In this document: piece by piece, positions 46,891-57,819 of the stretch
How positions within the stretch are numbered: position 1 is the stretch's first letter
How the letters are laid out: every line of letters begins with the position of its first letter
Assembly (NCBI RefSeq): GCF_036365525.1
Contig: NC_090375.1
Coordinates: forward strand, 199,135,864-199,199,863
Direction: 5' to 3'
From: Heterodontus francisci
Taxonomy: Eukaryota
Length of the DNA stretch: 64,000 bases
Notes under the pieces: model-generated
The model's database searches: none
What the model was told of the DNA's origin: nothing
What the model saw: only the letters and a program-made list of their open reading frames with translations
Translations under genes and position numbers: made by a program

Positions 46891-49800
46891 CTCCAAAGGT
46901 GGAGTGATTAAAATCAGGATGCACAGGAGGCCAGGAATAGAAGAGTGCCGAGATATCAGAGGATCTCAAAGCTGAAGGAATCTACAGAGATAGGGAGTGT
47001 TGCCGGGGGCTAGAGGAGATTACAGTGAAAGCACGGGGCGTCGTGGGTGGAAGAGGTAACTGAAATAGGAAGGTGAATGAGCTCGAGGTTACAGAGATAG
47101 GGAAGGTTGTAGAGCTGGAGGGGGTTACAGAGATAGGGAGGGTTGTATGACTTCAGGAAGTTACAGGGATGGTGGGTGAGGAATCAGCTGAATCCTACAG
47201 TAAAACTGGTCATATGTTTTATTGTAGCATAAAGGATTAAATGCTGATCAAACTGGGGATTGAAGGTTGTCAGCTAATGTGTAGGGAGTCAGAGTACATT
47301 GGCGGTCCTGCAGTGCCATCCTTCATGTTTCTGGAGGATGCACCATTTCCCTTAAGTCACTGGTGTCATGGGGATTGTGTCAGCCATGGCAGCTGGATGC
47401 ACTTTTGTGCATCAATCAGAAGGTTGTGATTTTATGTCTTACTCCAAGACTTAAGCACAGAAATCCAGACTGATACTATAGTGGAGTACTGAGGGAGTGC
47501 TGCACTCTCAGAGGTGATGTCTTTTGGATGAGATGTGAAACTGTATCCCCGTCTGCACTCTCAGGTGTACATAAAAGATCCCATGGCACTATTTCAAAGA
47601 AGGGCAGGGGAGCTATCACAGTGCAACAAAAACAGAAAGTGCTGGAAATACACAGCAGCTCAGGCAGCAACTGTGGAGAGAGAAATAGAGTTAACATTTC
47701 AGGTCATGACATTTTATTAGTTTGGAGCAGGTTATTGCTGGGTAAGTGCTGTATGATAGCACAGTTCACAACATATTCCATCACTTTGCTGATGATTGAG
47801 AGTAGATTGATGTAGCAGTAATTGGCTGCATTGTATTTATCCTGCTTTTTGTGCACGGGACATACCTGGGAAATTTTCCACATTGTCGAGTTGATTACAG
47901 TGTTGTAACTGCACTAGTGCAACTTGATAGGGGCATGGCTAGTTCTGGAGCACAAGTCTTGAGCACTGCAGCCGTTACGTTGTCACGTTATGGCCTTTGC
48001 TGTGTCCAGTGACCTCTGCCGTTTCTTAATATCACCTGGAGTGAATCGATTTGGCTGAAGACTGGCATCTATGATGCTGGGGACTGCAGGAGGAGGCCGA
48101 GATGGATCATCCACTTGGTACTTCTAGCTGAAGATGGTAACAACTGCTTCAGTCTTGTCTTTTACACTGATGTGCTGGCCAGCGTCTGCCAGAATTTATT
48201 ATGGGAGCTTCCTGGGGTTGTTATGGGGAACTCCCACTAGTTCTTAAACTGCCCATTACTGTTCACCGCTGGATATGGCAGAACTGCAGAGAGTTGTTCC
48301 AATATTATGGTTGTTGAGTCACTTAACTCTAATTATAGCATATTTTTCCACTGTTCAGCATGTTTGTAGTCCTGTTTTGAAGTTTCACCAGCATAGTACA
48401 TCATTTTAGATATACCTGGTGTTGTTCCTGGCATGCTCTCCTACACTCCTCATTGAACCAACTTTAGTCCCTTGGCTTGAATGTACTGATACAGTGTGGA
48501 ATGTATTGGGCCATAGTATGCCTAATCGGTAAATGAGATGCTGTTCCTCGAGCTTGCGTTGATGTTCACTGGAACACTGCAGCAAGCCCAGGATAGAGAT
48601 GTGAGCATGAGAGCAGCGGGGTGTATTGAAATGACAAGAAACCGGAAGCTCAGGATCCTGCTTGTGGACTGAGCGGAGGTGTTCCGCAAAGTGGTCACCC
48701 AGTCTGCGTTTGGTCTCCCCAATGTGGAGGAGACCAGATTGAGAGCAGCGAATACAGTATACTACATTGAAAGAAGTACAAGTAAATCGCTGCTATATCT
48801 GAAAGTAGTGCTTGGGGCCTGGGATAGTGAGGAGAGAGGAGGTAAATGGGCAGGTATTACACCTCCTGCGATTGCAGGGGAAGGTGCCATGGGAAGGGGA
48901 CGAGGTGGTGGGGGTATTGGAGGAGTGGATCAGGGTGTCGCGGAGGGAACGATCCCTTCAGAATGCTGACAGGGGAAGGGAGGGGAAGATGCGTTTGGCA
49001 GTGGCATCATGCTGGAGGTGGCAGAAATGGCGGAGGATGATCCTTTGTATATGGAGGCTGATGGGGTGGAAAGTGAGGACAGGGGAAACCCTGTCACGGT
49101 GCTGGGAGGGAAGGGAAGGGGTGAGGGTAGAGGTGCGGGAAATGGGCCGGGCATGTTTGAGGGCCCTGTCAACCATAGTGGGGGGGAATCCTCGGTTGAG
49201 GAAAAAGAAAGACATATCAGAAGCACTGTCATGAAAGGTAGCATCATCAGAGCAGATGCGTCGGAGATGGAGAAACTGGGAGAATGGAATGGAGTCCTTA
49301 CAGTAGGTAGGGTGTGAAGAAGTGTAGTCAAGGTAGCTGTGGGAGTTGGTGGGCTTATAATTGTTATTAGTGGAAAACCTATCCCCAGACAGAGAGGTCG
49401 AGGAAGGGAAGGTAAATGTCAGAGATGGACCATGTAAAGGTGAGAGAAGGGTGGAAATTAGAAGCAAAGTTGATTAAGCTTTCCAGTTCGGGGCGGGAGC
49501 AGGAAACGGCACCGATCCAGTCATCAATGTACCGGAAAAAGAGTTGGGGGAGGGGGCCTGAGTAGGACTGGAACAAAGAATGCTCAACCGATCCCACAAA
49601 AAGCCAGGCACATCTAGGACCCATGTGGATACCAATAGCAACACATAGCACCACTACCCTCACCCCTTCCCCTCCCTCCCAGAACCGTGACAGGGTTCCC
49701 CTTGTCCTCATCAGCCTACATATCCAAAGGATCATCCTCTGCCATTTCCGCCACCTCCAGCTTGATGCCACGACCAAACGCATCTTCTCCTGTCTGCATT

Positions 49801-50443
49801 CCGAAGGGATCATTCCCTCTGCGACACCCTTGTCCACTCCTCCATTACCCCCAACACCTCGTCTCCTTCCCATGGCACCTTCCCCTGCAATCGCAGGAGG
49901 TGCAATACCTGCCCATTTACCTCTTCTATCCTCACTATCCCAGGCCCCAACCACTCCTTTCAGGGAAAGCAGCGATTTACTTGTACTTCTTTCTATGTAG
50001 TATATTGTATTCACTGCTCACAGTTTGGTCTCCTCTATATTGGGGAGAACAAATGCAGACTGGGTGACCACTTTGCAGAACAGCAGGACCCTGAGCTTCC
50101 AGTTGCTTGCCATTTCAACACTCCCCCCTGCTCTCATGCTCACTTCTCTATCCTGGGATTGCTGCAGTGTTCCAGTGAACATCAACGCAAGCTCGGGGAA
50201 CAGATCTCATTTTCCGATTAGGCACACTACAGCCTGCCGGACTGAACATTGAGTTCAATCATTTCAGAGAATGACGGGCCCCACATTTTACTTTCATTTT
50301 TAGTTATTTTATCTTTTTTTTTTACAATTTTTACATTTTTTTGGATGTTTATCTTTTTTATCTCAGTTTGTTCAGTTTGCTTACGCACTGTTTTCTCCAT
50401 GTTTGTACTTGCTGATGTTCAATCTTCATTCCGTTAACACCCT
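46891..50443 (-). repeat. Inverted segmental duplication of 17025-20600
   Basis: Opposite-strand ORF pairs are near identical (17486-/49623+, 19695-/47528+, 20063-/47241+); shared fold-back junction. Confidence 0.9.
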
Positions 50444-50444
50444 A

Positions 50445-52805
50445 CCTAACACCGGAAAGGGTATAGCTGCTAGACTGGTTTGCGGCAGGTGGTAGGGGAA
50501 CCAACACGTGGGAAAACATATTTGACCACGTCCTCACCAACCTGCCTGCTGCAGATGCTTCTATCCATGACTGTATTGGCAGGAGTGACCACCGCACAGT
50601 CCTTGTGGAGGCAAAGTCCCACCTTCAAATTGAGGATACCCTCCACCATGTTGTGTGGCACCATCATCTTGCTAAATGGGATAGATTTCGAACAGATCTA
50701 TCAATGCAAAATTGGGCATCCATGAGGCGCTGTGGGCCATCAGCAGCAGCAGAATTGTACTCAACCACAATCTGTAACCTCATGGCCCGGCATATCCCCC
50801 ACTCAACGATTACCATCAAGCCAGGACCCAACCCTGGTTCAATGAAGAGTTCAGGAGGGCATGCCAGGAGCAGCACCAGGCATATCTCAAAATGAGGTGT
50901 CAACCTGGTGAAGCTACAACATAGGACTATCTGCTTGCCAAACTGCGTAAGCAGCATGCGATAGACAGAGCTAAGCCATAACCAATCAGATCAGATCTAA
51001 GCTGTGCAGTGCTGCCACATCCAGCCGTGAATGGTGGTGGACAATTAAACCACGAACTGGAGGAGGAGTCTCCACAAATATCCCCATTCTCAATGATGGG
51101 GAGCCCAGCACATCAGTGCAAAAGATAAGGCTGAAGCATTTGCAACAATCTTCAGCCAGAAGTGCCGAGTTGATGATCCATCTCGGCCTCCTCCTGAAGT
51201 CCCCAGCATCACAGATGCCAGTCTGCAAAGAACTCGTTCACTCCATATGATATCAAGAAACGACTGAAGGCATTGGATGCTGCAAAAGCTATGAGACCTG
51301 ACAATATTCCGGCAATAGCACTGAAGACCAGCACTCCAGGACTTGCCGTGCCCCTAGCCAAACTGTTCCAGTATAGCTACAACACTGGCATCTACCCTGC
51401 AATGTGGAAAATTGCCCAGGTATGTCCTGTATACATAAAGAAGGACATGTCCAACCCAGCCAATTACCGCCCCATCAGTCCACTCTCAATCATCAGTAAA
51501 GTGATGGAAGGTGTCATCAACAGTGCCATCAACTGGCACCTGCTTCGCAATAACCTGCTCAGTGACACTCAGTTTGGATTTCGCCAGGGCCACTCAGCTC
51601 CTGACCTGATTACAGCCTTGGTTCAAACATGGACAAAAGAGCTGAATTCAAGAGGTGAGTTGAGAGTGTCTGCCTATGACGTCAAGGCAGCATTTGACCA
51701 AGTATGGCATCAAGGAACACTAGCAAAACTGAGGTCAATGGAAATCAGGGGGAAAATCCCCCGCTGGCTGGAGTCATACCTGGTGCAATCAGCTGAGCTC
51801 CAGGACATCACTGCAGGAGTTCCTCAGGGCAGTATCCTAGGCCCAACCATCTTCAGCTGCTTCATCAATGACCTTCCTTCAATCATAAGGTCAGAAGTGG
51901 GGATGTTCGCTGATGATTGCACAATGTTCAGCACCATTCGTGACTCCTCAGATACTGAAGCAGTCCATGTGGTAATGCAGCAAGACCTGGACAATATCCA
52001 GGCTTGGGCTGATAAGTGGCAAGTAACATTCGCGCCACACAAGTGTCAGGCAATGACCATCTCCAACAAGAGAGAATCTATCCATCTCCCCTTGACATTC
52101 AACAGCATTACCATCGCTGAATCCCCCACTATCAACATCCTACGGGCAACCATTGACCAGAAACTGAACTGGAGTAGCCATATAAATACCGTGGCTACAA
52201 GAGCAGGTCAGAGGCTAGAAATCCTGAGGCGAGTAACTCACCTCCTGACTCCCCAAAGCCTGTCCACCATCTACAAGTCACAAGTCAGGAATGTGATGGT
52301 ATACTCTCCACTTGTCCGGATGGGTGCAGCTCCAACAACACTCAAGAAGCTCGACACCATCCAGAAGAAAGCAGCCCGCTTGACCTGCACCCCATCGACA
52401 AACATTCACTCCCTGCACCACCAACGCACAGTGGCAGCAGTGTGTACCATCTACAAGATGCACTGCAGCAATGCACAAGGCTCCTTTGACAGCACCTTCC
52501 AAACCCGCGACCTCTACCAACTAGAAGGACAAGGGCAGCAAATGCATGGGAACACCACCACCTGCAAATTCCCCTCCAAGTCACACACCATCCTGACTTG
52601 GAACTATATCGTCGTTCCTTCACTGTCGCTGGGTCAAAATCCTGGAACTCCCTTCCGAACAGCATTGTGGGTATACCTACCCCAAATGGACTGCAGCGGT
52701 TCAAGAAGGCAGCTCACCACCACCTTCTCAAGGGCAATTAGGGATGGGCAATAAATGCTGAGCTGGCCAGCGTCGCCAACATCCCATGAATGAATTAAAA
52801 TAAAA
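50445..52805 (+). mobile_element. 5'-truncated copy of the single-ORF LINE inserted in a Penelope 3' UTR
   Basis: 493-aa RT frame 51273-52754 (PANYRPIS, GVPQGSILGP, MFADD); ends GAATGAATTAAAATAAAA; Penelope UTR resumes at ~52806. Confidence 0.88.
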
Positions 52806-53113
52806 TCTGCACTCATGCTTTGTCTTTCAACACACCATTAACGTATTGTTTGCCTTTGCTCCATGACCTTCTGGTTAGCTATTCTGTGGCCTTGTCCTAT
52901 CTATACCTTCTCCTTTGTTATCTCTTGCCCTACCCCCGCCTTGCTTGCTTATAACCTTTGACATTTCTAATATTTGCCAGTTCCTAAGAAGGGTCACAGA
53001 CACGAAACGTTAACTCTGCTTCTCTCTCCAAAGATGCTGTCAGAGCTGCTGAGTATTTCCAGCATATCTTGTTTTTATTTCAGATTTCCAGCATCCACAG
53101 TATTTTGCTTTTA
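52806..53113 (+). mobile_element. Penelope 3' UTR/pLTR with degenerate hammerhead motif
   Basis: CAGTT-CCTAAGA-AGGGTCACAGACAC-GAAA-CGTT-AACTC; reverse complement of 16771-17020. Confidence 0.75.
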
Positions 53114-53626
53114 TAACAATATCACTCAGTTTTGACAGACACTTTACACCCAGGAAATTCCTTCCAGCGCTTTTCTGTCACAGTTTAATGGTGAGCAGGA
53201 GAACAAAGGGCATGTCAGATTGATCACCTTGTATCACAATGTTAAATATGCAAGGGCAAGAACGAACCAAATTTTGCTGTTGTAATGCTGTTAAAAAGTG
53301 GTTGTGCAATTCAATGGAGACTTCATTTTACATAATAACTAATAAATACTATCATTAGAAGTCTGAAACACAAAAATGAAATGCTGGAAATATTCAGCAG
53401 GTCTGGCAGCATCTGTGGAGAGAAGCACATTTCAGGTCAGCGACCCTTCAACAGAATAATGGAAGTGTGACTGAAAGGCGTGACTTGTGTCAGATGCTAC
53501 TTTTATACCAGGAGAGAGCAGTATGAACAGGAAGTCGAGTCACACGCGGAATGTTGTGTTAGAGTCATTGCCCTATATATTTTATCTAGATGTTAATACA
53601 AGTGCCTCACACCTCAGACAGGCAAC

Positions 53627-54049
53627 ATGTTGCTGTGTTGGGTTGTTTTCGTGACATTTTTTCCACGTAAATGGATTTATTCTTTACGTTTCAGTAGTTT
53701 TATTCAGACTGTAAAATTATTTGTAATTTGGTGTTTCTTTCCCCACAGATGGATGTTTTGCTCAGGATTTGAAACAGAAACAACTGTCAATCACCGTTCG
53801 AACGAGGAGAACTCGTACAATTACGTGTGAGCTGGGTGAATCAGTCACTGCTTCCGTTATCCATTGGTACAAACAGGCAGCGGGACAGCAGCCCGTTCGG
53901 ATTCTCTACTACGATGGGAGCGTTCGTCGGGATAAAGGATTGGATCAAAGATTTTCAGCAGAGAAGAATGGAGACAAACAATATGTTCTGCTTATTGACG
54001 GTGTAAAGGTAGAGGATGCCGCCACCTATTACTGTGCCTATTGGAAACA
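53627..54049 (+). CDS. TRGV: T-cell receptor gamma V gene, family A copy 3 (leader 53627-53666, intron 53667-53748, V exon 53749-54049)
   Basis: Same leader and splice sites as A2; TCELG...VIHWYKQ...DAATYYCAYWK in frame. Confidence 0.92.
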
Positions 54050-54088
54050 CACAGAGTTAAACAGCAATTCAATCCACTTACAAAAACC
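54050..54088 (+). other. 23-RSS
   Basis: CACAGAG, 23 nt, ACAAAAACC. Confidence 0.92.
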
Positions 54089-56714
54089 CTCAACACTGCA
54101 ATTCAAACATCACCAAAACCACATCCGACTCACAGCTGAAAACTGCCGAAGTCTACCTCCTTCAGTTAAAGGTTTACTCTCTCACATATGAAAATTACAC
54201 AAAGTAAACAGCTACCCTCACCGAGTTGTCCATTCTTTTACCTTTAGATCCGACATGGAACATCAAAGGAGAAGAGGACACAGACAGTGCAATCGGGTGA
54301 AATATCCTGTTGATTCTCTCCCCAGACGGTAGCCAGGCGGTGCCCAGCACGACACTGACCCTGTCTGAGTCTTGCTCACCCATCACCCCATTGTTTTCCA
54401 GCCACAAATGGTTCTCTGGCCCCAAACAATCGAACTGGAAATCTTGATCCTCACTTCCAAATCGTCCTCGACCCTACCTCTGCAACCTTCCCCACTTTAC
54501 ATCCCGGGCCATGTCATTTGGTCCTCCTATTCTGGCCTCTTGTCCCTCTCTGCTCCATTTTCAATCAGCCTCGAAAGTCTACACGTTGGGATTCTTTTGC
54601 TAAACTCCCCCCTTCCTACTTTTCTCTCCAGCTTTAGAGATCTCCCCAGAAACTATCTCTTTGACTCTTTAAAAGTAGAGCCTAACTTCCTCACTTTTCA
54701 GCAGTCTCTGTTCACTCATCCACTCCTATTTAACTGTCATATCCCCTTTATTAGCACCTTGAATTTTTTAAATTAAAGGTAAATAAATAGGAACATAGGA
54801 ACATGAGAGGACCATCCAGCCCCATGAGTTTACTCCACCATTCAATTAGATCTGTCTGTTCTATATTTCAGCTCCATTTACCCGGCCTTGCTCGATATCC
54901 CTTGATATGCTTACCCAACAGAAATCTATCAACCGTGACCTGGAACATTTCAATTGTGCTCCAGCAATCACAGCCTATTGGGGGAGAAAGTTCCAGATTT
55001 CCAAAACCATTTGTGTAAAGAAATACTTCCTGACATCACCCCTGAACAGCCTCTCACTAATTTTAAATTACACCCTTGTTCAGGACTCCCCCATCAAAAT
55101 AAATATTTTCTCTCTATCTACTCCATTGAATCCTTTCCTCATTTATAAATATTGATTAGAACACTCCTCAATCATCTATACTCAAGAGAATACATGCCAA
55201 GGTTATACAATCTGTCCTCATAATTTAACCCATCATTCTGGTAAATGTACGCTGCAACTCTCCCAATTCTAGGCATTCATCCTGATGTACAGTGTGCAAA
55301 ACTGAATGCAATACTCCAGGTTGGATCTGATCAAGGTTGTGTACAACTGAAGCTAAACATCCTCACTTTTGTATTCTGCAGTATTGAAGTACCATCTTTC
55401 ATATGAAACTAAGGCCCATCTGCCCTATCAGGATAATATAAAATGCTCCAAGGCACTATTTTGAAGAGCAGAGGAGTTCTCCCTGGTATCCTGACTAATA
55501 TTCATCCCTGAACCAAAATCATTATCTGGATTATCCCAATGCTGTTTGTGGGGCCATTTTGGCTGTCGTGTCTTTCTTTTTTACATTACCACAGTGGATA
55601 CACTTCAAAAGTCTTTCTTTCTTCACTACAGAGGTAAATATTTGAGTATCCGTCTTGATTACACTTTGTTCTTACTCCCTAGCTGTTACTCACATGAACA
55701 TCAAGATTCCATTAGACTTCGACAGTTCCTAGATTCTCACCATTAAGAAAATATTCTAGTTGCTCTTTCTCTGCTCTATCATGAATGACCTGACGGTTCC
55801 CCATATTGAAGTCCATTTGCCACAGAGTTGCCCACTCATTTTATCTGTCTATTTGCATTTGTAATTTGCTGCTCCCATCTACACAACCTACTGTGTCATC
55901 AGCAAACTTGGATATACAGCTCCACATTCCTTTATCCGCTAATATATATGGCTAAGAAAATCTAAGGCCCCAGTGCAGATCCCTAGATAAACAACTGTTG
56001 TAAATTTCCGTCAATCACGGTGCATTCGCGTGGCAGACTTGTTCCTGTTCTCAGTCTCCTAACTTGCAACAGATTACCAACCCATGTTACCTTGAGCTTT
56101 GATGTTTACTAATAATCTCATGCAACACCTTTTCAAATACCTCTTGGCTGCCCATATAGACACCATACATAGACACGTCCCTGTCCACCACGTTAGTGAT
56201 CTCCTCAAAAAGTCAAGTAGAACAGTCAGATGTGACCTACACCTCACAAATCCGTGCTGAATCTCTGTGCAGCGCAGTCACTCTGTCCCTGCAGACAGAC
56301 TGCAGCAACCTTCCCACATTCCCTAACACTGGAGAGCTTTCTGGAGTTATGACCAACACTCCTGTAATTTCCTAACTCATTTTTTGAAATACCCTGGGTG
56401 GAAGCCACTAGGTTTGGAGATTTATTTGTCTTAATTTCCATTATTTCCATGATAATGTTTTGCCAAGCTCCTCACCTTGCATCATTTTTGAGTTAGCTGG
56501 TATCCGTTCTTTCATTTGTCTATTTTCTGCTCTTCCACTGTGAAAATGGATACAAACAAGTCTGTCTCTTCCTTATTATCTGATATAGTCTCACCTGCAT
56601 CTGCCTTTAAATGGGTCCACAATTCCGAACTGGCTGCACCCAGTCTTCCTGTTGCCCCCAGTAGCAGAAATAAAAAAAAGTGTCATTTGGATATCTCTTG
56701 TATTTTTGTTCTGC

Positions 56715-57560
56715 TGTGAGACATTTGTTAATATCTGCTGCATTTTTGTTCATTACTAAAATATAACCAGTTGTGGACCAGTGTGTTGAGCTCACCATGT
56801 GGGAAACACGTGGAGGCGAAGGACATCAGGATTAAGGGAGAGGAATCCTGACCGAACACATCATTACTGGGGTTCATATTGGACATATTAAAAATAAAAG
56901 AACGGTAACTGATCAAGCACTCCCACACATACACACCCAGACAGATGAGTCAGGACATGCCACTGGTGTGGTAGCCTGGGCTGTTACAACATCAAACAGC
57001 CTGTCTACAATCACACTCACGGACATTGACCTTTTGAAATCTGTGCAAATGGTTTCCTTCTTGCCTTATCAAGATACAGATATCAAATTTTGGGTGGTAA
57101 GCATTAAGAACTCCTCCTGCTGAGCACAGGATATGACCACATGCAAGTGGTCTTGCATAGCCAGGGTGGGATTAATAAGACACTGAATCCCAATCGGATG
57201 GACCACTTCATAACATTACCTTATATGTCAAGGGTCTGGGGTTAGAAATGTGTATAAAGCCAAAGCTCACAAGGACATTGTTGCTGCAGCTGGGACGTGT
57301 GACTTGGTCAGTCATAGGAAATTGTGTGGGAGAAGTCATTCAGCGGTCCTGACTACCTGGGAACAAGCCCTATATGCTGGTCTACTCAGCAGCATATGTT
57401 CTAAGTATATACTATTGCCTGGTGAGTTAATAAAGGTGTTCCACATAAAGTCCAAATTGTATCCAAAGTCTGTTTCGTGCAACTGATAATCAGTTTGGAG
57501 TCAGGACCTGAGAGGTAAGTGAGACCCACATTTTAAGAGTCTTACAGCTGGCGACCACGA
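56715..57560 (+). mobile_element. Duplicated 5' LTR (56715-57546) and primer-binding site (57549-57560)
   Basis: TGTGAGA...TCTTACA then TGGCGACCACGA, complementary to a tRNA 3' end (tRNA-Arg(TCG)-like, from memory). Confidence 0.7.
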
Positions 57561-57819
57561 TCAGGTACCCTGAAAGAAAAATCTAACCAGGTTTTGGATG
57601 GGTTGTCACGAAATGCGTGGCAGTGAATTTGCCTCTAAATTAGCACAGGTCAGCCTGGAGGGGGTGAACAGGTATATGGGGCTAAAGAGTGGATACAGAT
57701 GTCTATGTGTCGGCAAAGCTTGGAAACAACAGTTTGGCTGGTAGCAGATCAGCACAGGAATTAGGAAGCCAAGACAGTAAAATTTAGTCAGGAGATTGAT
57801 GAAAGAGATAAGAAGTTAA

